Assembly (NCBI GenBank): GCA_963555995.3
Contig: OY821641.1
Coordinates: 1,120,001-1,184,000, forward strand
DNA from: Vicinamibacteria bacterium
GTDB lineage: Bacteria > Acidobacteriota > Vicinamibacteria > Marinacidobacterales > Marinacidobacteraceae
Length of the DNA: 64,000 bases
Reading direction: 5' to 3'
The notes under the pieces are model-generated. The model did not search any database and was not told where the DNA came from. It saw nothing but the letters and a program-made list of their open reading frames with translations. The translations under genes and the position numbers were made by a program. Positions within the stretch are counted from its first letter, which is position 1; each line of letters opens with the position of its first letter. Shown piece after piece: positions 20,003-28,931 of the stretch.

Positions 20003-21450
20003 TCCACGGGCTCCGGGCGGGCGACCGCCTGCACGTGCTGGGGGTCGCCGGAACGGCGATGGCCTCGCTCGCGGGGCTCCTGACCCGGCTCGGCTACCGG
20101 GTGAGCGGGTCCGATCAGGGGGCCTATCCCCCGATGTCCACGCTGCTGGAACGCGAGGGGATCGAGGTCCGGACGCCGTTCGGCGCCGGGAATCTCCCCG
20201 GCGAATGCCGGGCGGTCATCGTCGGCAACGCGATCTCCCGCGGGAACCCCGAGCTCGAGGCGGCGCTCGACCGGCGCCTGCCGCTCGTCTCCTTCCCGGA
20301 GACGCTCCGGGAGCTGGTCCTCCGGCGTCGCGTCCCGGTGGTGGTCGCGGGGACCCACGGCAAAACGACCACCACCTCGCTGCTCGCCTGGATCCTGCGG
20401 ACCTCGGGGCGGGACGCCGGTTTCCTGGTGGGAGGGGTGGCGAACGATCTCGGGGGGAGCTTCGCCCTGGGCGCCGCCGGGGAGCCCTTCGTCGTCGAGG
20501 GCGACGAGTACGACAGCGCCTACTGGGACAAGGGACCCAAGTTCCTCCACTACCTCCCCGAGGTGGCCATCATCGGCAACGTGGAGTTCGACCACGCGGA
20601 CATCTACGCCGACTTCGCGGCGGTGCGGCGGCAGTTCGCCTTCCTCGCCCGGCTCCCCCCGCGCCGCGGGCTGCTCCTCCTCGGCGCCGACTCGCCGGCC
20701 GCCGCCGCGCTTGCCGAGGCGGCCCACACCACGGTGCAGACGTTCTCGGTCGCCGGCGGGAAGGAGGTCCCGGCCGACTGGGTCGCCGCAATCGAGTCGA
20801 GCGGCCCGTCCGGGAGCCGTCTCCAGGCCACGTTTCGCGGCGCGGCGCGGCCACCGCTCGAGGGCCGGTTCTGGGGCCGCGCCGCCGCCCGGAACGTCCT
20901 GGCGGCGGCCGCCGCCGCCGACTGGCTGGGCGTCGCGTGGGAAGCGGTCCGCGAAGCGGTCCGCGGCTTCTCCGGGGTGGAGCGCCGGCTGCAGGCGCTC
21001 GCCGCGAGTCCCGACGGACGAGTACAGGTGGTGCGCGACTTCGCCCATCACCCCACCGCCGTCGAGGCGGTGCTCGAGGCCGCGTCCCACCGCTGGCCCG
21101 ACGCGCGCCTCGCGGCGGTCTTCGAACCCCGCTCCTTCACCGCCCGCAGCGCCCTCTTCCAGGACCGCTTCGCCGAGGCGTTCCGGGCAGCCGACCACGT
21201 CCTGCTGGCCTCCCCCACCGGCGAGAGCCGCGGCCGCCGCCTCCCGGGAACCGCCGCCCTCGATCTCGGCCGCCTGGCCTCGGACCTCGGGTCGGCCGGC
21301 GTCCCGGCGGAGGTCCACCACGACCACGACGCCCTGCTCCGCCGGGTGAACGAACTCGGCGGCGGAGACCGCCCGGCCGTCTTCCTCTTCCTCTCCAACG
21401 GCCACTTCGGCGGCCTCCCCGAACAGGCGGTGGACCTCATTCAGGGATAG
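19999..21450 (+). CDS. mpl: Murein peptide ligase Mpl (MurC family)
   Basis: YPPMST, GNAISRGNPE, GTHGKTTT, EGDEYDSAYWDKGPKF, EFDHADIY, DFAHHPT, FEPRS. Confidence 0.93.
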   Translation: MIHGLRAGDRLHVLGVAGTAMASLAGLLTRLGYRVSGSDQGAYPPMSTLLEREGIEVRTPFGAGNLPGECRAVIVGNAISRGNPELEAALDRRLPLVSFPETLRELVLRRRVPVVVAGTHGKTTTTSLLAWILRTSGRDAGFLVGGVANDLGGSFALGAAGEPFVVEGDEYDSAYWDKGPKFLHYLPEVAIIGNVEFDHADIYADFAAVRRQFAFLARLPPRRGLLLLGADSPAAAALAEAAHTTVQTFSVAGGKEVPADWVAAIESSGPSGSRLQATFRGAARPPLEGRFWGRAAARNVLAAAAAADWLGVAWEAVREAVRGFSGVERRLQALAASPDGRVQVVRDFAHHPTAVEAVLEAASHRWPDARLAAVFEPRSFTARSALFQDRFAEAFRAADHVLLASPTGESRGRRLPGTAALDLGRLASDLGSAGVPAEVHHDHDALLRRVNELGGGDRPAVFLFLSNGHFGGLPEQAVDLIQG

Positions 21451-21505
21451 GCAAGACCGCTGGCTCGGAACCCCCGCCGGGCACGAAAACGGCCGGGAGC
21501 GCCAG

Positions 21506-21760
21506 CCAGTTGCTGTGAAAATGCGGTTCCGGCGCGACGTCAACCAGCGCGAGTGGCGACGCCGGCTGGGAACGCCGGTCTTCAGACCGGCACCGCGGGC
21601 CGAAGGCCCGCGGATGTCGTGCCGGTGTTCAAGGTGATGATCCGAGAGCCGGGCGCCATCACGTGCGGAAGCGTTGTGCCGTGCGCTGCGCTGTGGCGCA
21701 GCGCGTGCCGGTCTGAAGACCGGCGCTCCCAGCCGTCTCAACCGTTTTCATGCCCGGCGG
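21506..21760. repeat. REPIN-like element (family 1)
   Basis: TGCTGTGAAAATGC end motif, then the GGAACGCCGGTCTTCAGACCGGCAC / GTGCCGGTCTGAAGACCGGCGCTCC pair. Confidence 0.85.
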
Positions 21761-22012
21761 GCTCCCTGCATTGGCGGGGTCTCCGGGCGGGAGCTCCCAG
21801 CACTACGGGAGTCTGCTGGCCGGGGACTCCATGCATTAGGAGAGCCGGTTGGTGGGAGCTCCCAGCACTACGGGGGTCTGTTGACCGGGAACTCCATGCA
21901 ATAGGAGCTTCGGTTGGTGGGAACTCCATGCATTGGCGGGGTCTCGGGGCGGGAGCTCCATGCACTACGGGGGGCCTGCTGGCCGAGGACTCCATGCAGT
22001 AGGAGGTTCGGA
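21757..22012. repeat. Degenerate tandem array, 8 units of 32-34 bp
   Basis: Core GG(G)A(G/A)CTCC(A/C)(T/A)GCA with CTCC at 21762, 21794, 21827, 21859, 21892, 21924, 21956 and 21990. Confidence 0.85.
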
Positions 22013-22036
22013 TGGCGCGGCCCACCAGCCCGGGGA

Positions 22037-25000
22037 CTACGCCGCCTGGGGCGGTGTGCCGGCGCGGTCGTAGGCGAGCGCGAACGAGCGCTCGCTCATC
22101 CACTGCCGGAAGCCGGGGTTGTCCATGAACTGCTTGAAGAGCTCGGTGTCGTCCTTCATCAGGGCGGTCATGACCCGCAGCAGCGCCTTGTCGTGTTCGA
22201 TCCGGGCGTTCTCCCGGTCGGAGTTCTCACGGGCGTTCCGGAACGCGGCGTCGGCGGCGACCCGCGCCGGGATGGTCTCGACGATCAGGCGCTGCACCCG
22301 GTCGGCGTCCTCCCACTGGATGCCGCCGAAGAGATCGTTGAACTCCCGTAGGATGTTCGACAACTGGTCCATCTCCGGCTCGGGACGACGGCCGCCGCCG
22401 TCCGCCGGGACGGGGCCGATCTCGGCGTCCTCGTCGGGGAGGACGATCCTCTCCATCGTCCGCTTCTCGACGCGGTAGCTGTCCATGTCAATCGCGTCGA
22501 GGATGCCGCGCGCGAGATCGTCTTCCCGGGGCGAGGGGAGCTTCGGGATCAGGAAGTTCAGGAAGATCGAGAGCCGCTCCCAGGCGGCGTTCCCGTAGGG
22601 GAGGACGGACGCCAGGAAGGCGTAGGTCCGCACGAACGCCTTCGCCTTGCCCTTGAAGTCCACCTGCCCGTCCTCGTCCAGCTCCGCGAGATACACCGCG
22701 ACGCACGCGTCGAGGATCGGATCGAGCCGGTCCCGGTCCGTGCCGTCCAGGTAGAGCTTCACGAGGTCCTCGACCTGCCCGGCGGAGTACACGTGGGAAC
22801 CGTCGAGGTCCGCCTTCAGGTCGTGGAGCTTGTCGGGGTCGGTCTCCTCGGCGAGGATGGTGGTGCGGTAGAAGTCCGCGAAGGAGTCCCGGATCGTGTC
22901 CGCGTCGTTCAGGAAGTCCAGCACGAAGACATCGTGCTTCCCCGCGTGCTCGCGGTTGAGCCGCGACAGCGTCTGCACCGCCCTGATCCCGGAGAGCGTC
23001 TTGTCCACGTACATGGTGTGGAGCAGCGGCTCGTCGTACCCGGTCTGGAACTTGTCCGCGCAGACGAGGAAGCGGTAGGGGTCCTCCCGGATCTTCCCGG
23101 CGATCCGGCTCGACGGGAAGCCGTTCAGGGAAGCCTCGGTGACGGTCGCGCCCCCGAACTCGAAATCGCCGGAGAACGCGACGATGGCCCGGTAGCGGCT
23201 CTTCCGCGCGGTCAGGGCGTCGCGGATGGCCTCAAAGTACTGGATCGCCCGCGCCACCCCGTTGGTGACCACCATCGCCCGCGCCTCGCCGCCGATCTTG
23301 CCCTGGCGGAGCACCTGGTCGTGGAAGTGATCCACCATGATCTCCGCCTTCAGGCGGATCGCGTGGTCGTGGCCCTCGACGAAGCGCCGGAGCTTCCGGT
23401 GCGCCTTCCGCGCGTCGAACTCGGGGTCGTCCTCGACCGTCTTCGCCAGCTTGTAGTAGCTCGCCACCGGCGTGTAGTGCGCGAGCACGTCCAGGATGAA
23501 CCCCTCCTGGATCGCCTGCTTCATGGTGTAGCTGTGGAACGGGCGGTGCTTCACCGCGCCGTCGGGCTGCGGGTCCGGGACGCCGAAGAGTTCGAGCGTC
23601 CTGTTCTTCGGGGTCGCGGTGAAGGCGAAGTAGCTGGCGTTCGGGAGCAGCTTGCGCGACTCCATGAGGCGGTTGATCCGGTCCTCGGTCGTCTCCTCCT
23701 CGTCCTCCCGGCCGGCCTCGGAGAGCGAGCGGGTCATCGCCGCCGCCGTCCGGCCGCCCTGGCTCGAATGGGCCTCGTCAATGATGATGGCGAAGCGCCG
23801 ACCCCGGTGCTCGTCGCCGATCGCGTCGAGGATGAAGGGGAACTTCTGGACCGTCGAGATGACGATCTTCTTGCCGGACTCGAGGAACCGCCGCAGATCG
23901 CCGGAGTCCTCGGCGTGCCCGACGGTGGCCCTGATCTGCGCGTACTGCCGGATCGTGTCGCGGATCTGGGTGTCCAGGATCCGCCGGTCGGTGACCACCA
24001 CGATGGAGTCGAAGACCGGCGCGCCGTCCTTCGCGAGCCCGATGAGCTGGTGCGCGAGCCAGGCGATGGAGTTGCTCTTCCCGCTCCCCGCCGAGTGCTG
24101 GATCAGGTAGCGCCGGCCCGCGCCGTGCCCGGCGGCGTCGGCGAGCAGCCGGCGGACGACGTCGAGCTGGTGGTAGCGCGGCCAGATCTGGCTCTTCCGC
24201 TTCTTCCGCGTCGTCCCGTCCTTCGTGGCGACGAGCTGCGCGTAGTTCTCGAGGATGTTGGCGAGGCTCTCGCGCCGGAGCACCTCGCGCCACAGGTAGC
24301 CGGTCCGGATGCCGCCGGAATCGGGCGGGTTGCCCGCGCCGTCGTTCCAGCCGCGGTTGAAGGGGAGGAAGCGCGATCCTTTCCCCTTGAGTTCGGTGCA
24401 GAAGCGCACCTCGCCCTCGTCCACCGCGAAGTGCGCCACGCATCGGCCGCACTCGAAGAGCTTCTCGCGCGGGCTGCGGTCCCGTTCGTACTGCGTGACC
24501 GCGTCGGCCACCGTCTGCTTCGTGAGGTTGTTCTTCAGCTCGAAGGTGAAGACCGGCAGCCCGTTGACGAACAGCCCGAGGTCGAGCGCCCGCCGCGTCT
24601 CGTCCCCGCTGTAGCGAAGCTGCCGGGTGACGGTGAACCGGTTCGCGGCGAAGCGCTCCCGCGCCTTCGGGTTCTCGGCCGACGGCGTGCAGTAGAAGAG
24701 GTCCAGCGAGTGCGCCCGGTGCCGGACGCCGTGCCGGAGCACCTCGATGGTCCCGCGCTTCGAGATCTCCCCCTGCAGCCGCGCCAGGAACGCCCGCCTC
24801 CGCGGCGTGTCCTCCGCTAGGTCGAGCGACGCCGCCGCTTCCGGCTGCATGGCGCGCAGGAAGGTGGCGAGCTGCGCCAGGTCCACGCAGTACTCCCGGT
24901 CATAGTCCCGCGGGTTCCCGCACGCCCAGCCCACCCCACCATACCCGGCGGCCGGCTCGGCCACCCCGTCCGCCCCCACCGGATCGCACGGCTGCCCCGT

Positions 25001-25063
25001 CAGCGCAGTACAGATCAGCCGCTCCAGCCCCCGCTCCGACGTGTCGGTCGCCTTAGCCACCAT
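22037..25063 (-). CDS. hsdR: Type I restriction enzyme R subunit
   Basis: LDLGLFVNGLP..ELKN nuclease motif, QHSAGSGKS Walker A, DEAH, TATP, KFQTGYD, QTLSRLNR. Confidence 0.97.
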   Translation of the reverse strand: MVAKATDTSERGLERLICTALTGQPCDPVGADGVAEPAAGYGGVGWACGNPRDYDREYCVDLAQLATFLRAMQPEAAASLDLAEDTPRRRAFLARLQGEISKRGTIEVLRHGVRHRAHSLDLFYCTPSAENPKARERFAANRFTVTRQLRYSGDETRRALDLGLFVNGLPVFTFELKNNLTKQTVADAVTQYERDRSPREKLFECGRCVAHFAVDEGEVRFCTELKGKGSRFLPFNRGWNDGAGNPPDSGGIRTGYLWREVLRRESLANILENYAQLVATKDGTTRKKRKSQIWPRYHQLDVVRRLLADAAGHGAGRRYLIQHSAGSGKSNSIAWLAHQLIGLAKDGAPVFDSIVVVTDRRILDTQIRDTIRQYAQIRATVGHAEDSGDLRRFLESGKKIVISTVQKFPFILDAIGDEHRGRRFAIIIDEAHSSQGGRTAAAMTRSLSEAGREDEEETTEDRINRLMESRKLLPNASYFAFTATPKNRTLELFGVPDPQPDGAVKHRPFHSYTMKQAIQEGFILDVLAHYTPVASYYKLAKTVEDDPEFDARKAHRKLRRFVEGHDHAIRLKAEIMVDHFHDQVLRQGKIGGEARAMVVTNGVARAIQYFEAIRDALTARKSRYRAIVAFSGDFEFGGATVTEASLNGFPSSRIAGKIREDPYRFLVCADKFQTGYDEPLLHTMYVDKTLSGIRAVQTLSRLNREHAGKHDVFVLDFLNDADTIRDSFADFYRTTILAEETDPDKLHDLKADLDGSHVYSAGQVEDLVKLYLDGTDRDRLDPILDACVAVYLAELDEDGQVDFKGKAKAFVRTYAFLASVLPYGNAAWERLSIFLNFLIPKLPSPREDDLARGILDAIDMDSYRVEKRTMERIVLPDEDAEIGPVPADGGGRRPEPEMDQLSNILREFNDLFGGIQWEDADRVQRLIVETIPARVAADAAFRNARENSDRENARIEHDKALLRVMTALMKDDTELFKQFMDNPGFRQWMSERSFALAYDRAGTPPQAA

Positions 25064-26537
25064 GCTCCTCCCCGGCCGGGCCGCGAGGGAAGGGAGCGCC
25101 GGTCTTCAGACCGGCACCGCCCGCCGCAGGCGGGCGAGGACGTCTCCCGGGTCGAGTCTCGGATACTCCCGGAGGATCGTCCATCGGCAACCGCGACGCC
25201 GCCTCACGCACGTCCAGCTTCCCGGTGACGACATCGGCGATGAGCCGGGTGCGGTATTCGTTCAGGTGGGAAATGGCATCGTTCGATTTCTGCACGTATT
25301 GGTCGATGATCGCGCTCCGTGCCGTGACGAACCTGACGATCGCATGCTGCTCGTCCCGTGTTGGACAGAGGAGCGGGAGACGTAGGAACTCGTCCGGATA
25401 GAGGCGCAGTCGCGATGGCCGAATGCCCGTCGACCGGCGCCTGTATTCACGCTTGTAGGGAGTGGTTCGCAGCAGGAGTTCCACGTAATCGCCGACAAGT
25501 CTGGATGATGGTCGGGGACGGTAGACAGCGTACGAGGGACTCACGATACCGGTCTGCCGAGCCAACCCAAGAGCTGCCATCCAGGCCCACATCGTGTTGA
25601 CCACGATGTCACCCTCCTGACACAACTTATGCCCAACGTGCGATTCTGCTTTGAACATCGTTACGTTCTTTTCGCTGCGTGGCGTGACACCGGTCATGTG
25701 AGATACCGACATCAGTTCTTCGGTGCCCGTGGTGGAACGGTCGTCCGATTCACGGAAAGCCCGCTTCGCTGCTGGTGCCGACCAATGTTCCGGAATCTCC
25801 CGCAACCAGTCCACGCCGCAGTCCTTGTAGGCCGGGTAGGGCTTTCCGGTCCGGACGTCGATCTGGCCGGTGACAGCCTCGTGAACGAGGGCCTGCTTCT
25901 GCTCCTCCAGCAGCGCGATCCGCTTCTCCTTCGCCGCGATGGCGCGCTGGAGCCGCTGGTCGGCGTGGTCGAGGAACCGAGCGATGGCACGTTGTTCGGT
26001 GAGGGAAGGACCCAGGAACGCCGCTCCTCCGATTGCGTTAGAGCCCAATCCAATGATTGTCGTTCCACGCGCCTTAGACAGAAAATACGCATTCACCACA
26101 GAGCAACCGAGATACCAGAACAGATAGCGCGAATGCACGCTCGACAGATGCGGGCGAATCATCGTTAGGTGATATCCGCACACAACGTCTTCCAAGGGCT
26201 CTGCGACAATCGAGACATTGGCGATCCGCGTCGGAACTACCGAGTCCTTTGTGAGAACGATGTCGCCCTCTTGAAGCGAGTAGTTGTGGATTTCCTTCGT
26301 ACTCACCGATGCGGTTTCGAGTTTCAGCGCATCCCGAATCTCACTCACGTGGTAGACGGAGTCAGTACCGAGGAACCTGATATTGACTTCGCCTTCGCGT
26401 TGATTCCTGTCAACGCTGCTAGCTCGTAGGTCCGCGACGTGCTTTAGCTTCGCGAGCCGCCAATTGACGGGGATGTCCCCCAACCAATCCACGCCGGAAT
26501 TTCGGTAGGCCGGGTACGGCCTCAGTTCGGCGATCAC
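25053..26537 (-). CDS. hsdS: Type I restriction enzyme specificity subunit
   Basis: Two TRDs, each preceded by PYPAY(R/K)xxGVDWL; EQRAIARFLD..LLEEQKQALVHEAVTG and EYRTRLIADVVTGKLDVR spacer helices. Confidence 0.96.
   Translation of the reverse strand: MIAELRPYPAYRNSGVDWLGDIPVNWRLAKLKHVADLRASSVDRNQREGEVNIRFLGTDSVYHVSEIRDALKLETASVSTKEIHNYSLQEGDIVLTKDSVVPTRIANVSIVAEPLEDVVCGYHLTMIRPHLSSVHSRYLFWYLGCSVVNAYFLSKARGTTIIGLGSNAIGGAAFLGPSLTEQRAIARFLDHADQRLQRAIAAKEKRIALLEEQKQALVHEAVTGQIDVRTGKPYPAYKDCGVDWLREIPEHWSAPAAKRAFRESDDRSTTGTEELMSVSHMTGVTPRSEKNVTMFKAESHVGHKLCQEGDIVVNTMWAWMAALGLARQTGIVSPSYAVYRPRPSSRLVGDYVELLLRTTPYKREYRRRSTGIRPSRLRLYPDEFLRLPLLCPTRDEQHAIVRFVTARSAIIDQYVQKSNDAISHLNEYRTRLIADVVTGKLDVREAASRLPMDDPPGVSETRPGRRPRPPAAGGAGLKTGAPFPRGPAGEEHGG
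25092..25125. repeat. Single REP unit inside the 3' end of hsdS
   Basis: GGGAGCGCCGGTCTTCAGACCGGCACCGC. Confidence 0.75.
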
Positions 26538-26746
26538 GCGATCGGCGCCTCGTTGCGCACGAAGCGAAGGCGAATCAATCCGGGCCGCTGCGCAAACTCG
26601 TCGAAATAGCAGGCAACGGCCTCCTCGACGTTGCGGCGGATTTCCTCGACGGAGTCGCCCTGGGTGTGGATGCCGTACCCGAGGGCCGTGGCCGAATAAC
26701 CGCCGTCCACCTCGTCCTCGCGGACCTCAAAGATGATCTCGGGCAT
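26534..26746 (-). CDS. HicB-like antitoxin (orphan)
   Basis: EDEVDGGYSATALGYGIHTQGDSVEEIRRNVEEAVACYF; stop overlaps the hsdS GTG. Confidence 0.85.
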   Translation of the reverse strand: MPEIIFEVREDEVDGGYSATALGYGIHTQGDSVEEIRRNVEEAVACYFDEFAQRPGLIRLRFVRNEAPIA

Positions 26747-26812
26747 GGTGCCGCCTCCGGGCGAATGCCGGGGCAGGGTAGCCGATGGCGGGGAGGAGCG
26801 CCGTCAGCGCAG

Positions 26813-27340
26813 CTTTGCTGTGTAAATGCAGTCCCGTTGGTCCGCGTCGGAGCGCCAGCCTCCGGCTGGCATCGCGCGGGAGCGCGAAACAGGCATGATC
26901 GGTCCTCCTGCACACCCCGTCGGGCATGAAAACAGCGAAGACGGCTGGGAGCGCCGCTCTTCAGAGCGGCACAGCGGGCCGAAGGCCCGCGGATGTCGTG
27001 TCGCTGCTTGCGGTGATGAACCGAGAGCAGAGCGCCACCGCGCCGGCCCGCGTCGTGCCGTGCGCTGCGCGGTCGCGCAGCGCGTGCCGGTCTGAAGACC
27101 GGCGCTCCCAGCAGGCGGCGCAGCCCACGCTGGTTGACCCTTCGCCCAGACTGCACTTTCACAGCAAACCCGCGCTGAGGGCGCTCCTCCCCCTGAACGC
27201 GGCCACGTTCGGCTCGTTTCGGACGGCGCGACGCCGTTCCGGGTTGGGACCGCGCGAATGGGAACCGGTTGGAGCGCGCGTTTCGCGGCCTGCGGCCGCG
27301 ATGCCGACCGGAGGTCGGCGTTCCGAGGCGGCGGCGCCAT
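26813..27340. repeat. TIR-bounded MITE-like REP composite plus adjoining module
   Basis: TTTGCTGTGTAAATGCAGTC ... GACTGCACTTTCACAGCAAA inverted ends enclosing three REP hairpins, followed by the module shared with 13990-14165. Confidence 0.8.
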
Positions 27341-27405
27341 CCGGTGGGGACGGGTTCCCTTGCCGCCTCCCGCGCGACCTCCTCTCCGGGAACGTCGCTG
27401 CGGCG

Positions 27406-27627
27406 TCAGCCTTCGCGGGCCTTTCGGCGAGCCCTTTCCCGCCAGACCTCCGGATCCTCGCACCGGTCCCAGAGGGCGGCCAGGAAGGGATCGGACGGCC
27501 GCCGCGCCTCCTGCCGACGGAGCCGCTCCTCTACGGAAAGTCCGGCGACCTCGGCGTCAATCCGGGCGCGGGCTTCGCGCATGAAGCGAACGGCGTCAAA
27601 CCTCTCGGGGGGGCGCTCATTGGTCAT
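27406..27627 (-). CDS. Small PIN-associated protein, paralog 3
   Basis: MTNERPPERFDAVRFMREARARIDAEVAGLSVEE, same motif as the ORFs at 30063 and 30296. Confidence 0.75.
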   Translation of the reverse strand: MTNERPPERFDAVRFMREARARIDAEVAGLSVEERLRRQEARRPSDPFLAALWDRCEDPEVWRERARRKAREG

Positions 27628-27770
27628 CGGTCGGTACCTGGGGTTTTCGGCCTCTGGCCGCGATGCCGGTGTGAACACCGGCGCTCCCGAACTCGTGGCG
27701 CGTGGTCGCTCCCGGTTCCCGCATCAGGCGCCCGCAGTCTAGCCGAGCCGGTCGGGCGTCTTGAGGGCGC

Positions 27771-28205
27771 TCAATCGTCGCCCGTTTCGCGCTCGGACGC
27801 GCGCACCCAGTCTTCGAGCCGCAGGCCGGGGATCCGTTCGAACTGTCGGGTGTTTCCGGTCACGAGGACGCCGTCGAGCGCCAGCGCGTGCGCGGCGATG
27901 GCGGTGTCGAAGTCCTCCAGGAGGACGCTCCGCCGCGCCAGGTCCGCCTTGATCTGCCCGAAAATGCCGCTCACGTCGTCAGTCCACTCCGCGCGGGGCT
28001 GCGAGTCGGCGAGGACGCGGAAACGATGCGTCAGGCGGGTGCGCCGGGCGGACTCGGGCAGCCGGGCCAGTCTGTAGGCGATTTCGGCGAGAACGGGTTG
28101 CGGAATCAGGATGTCGCCTGCGGACCTCGCGGTGAACTGCTTCCAGATGCGCGGCTCGTTGTACATCGCGGCCGAAACGGCATTCGTGTCGAGGATGTAC
28201 TTCAC
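27771..28205 (-). CDS. vapC: VapC-family PIN toxin
   Basis: MKYILDTN..VLAEI..DFDTAIAAHA..LVTGNTRQFERIPGLRLEDW. Confidence 0.95.
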   Translation of the reverse strand: MKYILDTNAVSAAMYNEPRIWKQFTARSAGDILIPQPVLAEIAYRLARLPESARRTRLTHRFRVLADSQPRAEWTDDVSGIFGQIKADLARRSVLLEDFDTAIAAHALALDGVLVTGNTRQFERIPGLRLEDWVRASERETGDD

Positions 28206-28456
28206 AGGTCCACGGGCGCTTTCCGGGTCCGGTCAGCGGCGATGATCGAGAGCATCTCCTCCACGGCCTCCCGGTCCTCGTCGTCGGTCGGCCCCGGCTG
28301 GAAGGCGCGGAGCACCTCGGGCCGCCAACTACGCTCGGCGTCAAGCGTCCGCTGAACCGCCCGGGCGATGTAGCGGCTGCGGCTGATGCCCTGAGCGCGG
28401 GCGCTCTCGTCAACGGCCGCCAGCAGGGGGGCCGGCAGGTGGATGGTGGTCGGCAC
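28202..28456 (-). CDS. Ribbon-helix-helix (CopG-like) antitoxin
   Basis: MPTTIHLPAPLLAAVDESARAQGISRSRYIARAV; stop overlaps the vapC start (GTGA). Confidence 0.88.
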   Translation of the reverse strand: MPTTIHLPAPLLAAVDESARAQGISRSRYIARAVQRTLDAERSWRPEVLRAFQPGPTDDEDREAVEEMLSIIAADRTRKAPVDL

Positions 28457-28573
28457 GTTCGTAGAATATAACCTATTCGGTCGGTAAGGTTCGCGTCCGC
28501 TGTCCGGTCCAGTAGATCTCTCTCGGTTCCGCCGCGTTGGGCCTAACGGGACGACGCCACCGCCATCCGGGCG

Positions 28574-28896
28574 GGTTTGCTGTGAAAATGCAGTCGAGCG
28601 GGTTGGCCAACAGCCGTGATGGCGGCGCCGGCCTGGAACGCCGGCTGCAGCCGGCACAGCGGCCCACAGGGCCGCGGGCGGTTTGTCGTTACCCCGGGTG
28701 CGTTGGCGCGCGTAGCCGCACCATCCTGGCGAATGAGGTCCGTCTCGCCGCCCGCCTATGGCGGGCTGTGCCGGCTGAAGCCGGCGTTCCAAGCCGGCGC
28801 CGCCGTTTTCGTGACCGGCGAAGTGCGCCGGAGGACACGCGCATGGGCGTTTCGCGCTCCCGCGCAATGCCGACCGGAGGTCGGCGCTCCAAGCCG
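28574..28896. repeat. Composite REP cluster (family 1)
   Basis: GGTTTGCTGTGAAAATGCAGT end, GGAACGCCGGCTGCAGCCGGCAC / GTGCCGGCTGAAGCCGGCGTTCC pair, GCCGACCGGAGGTCGGC. Confidence 0.85.
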
Positions 28897-28931
28897 GCCT
28901 TGCTATGCGGCGGTGGCAAGTTCGGGACGCG

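Noticed and set aside
21757-22012. CRISPR array
   Set aside because: The core is only ~14 bp, the linkers are ~18 bp and repeat among themselves, and no cas genes are present
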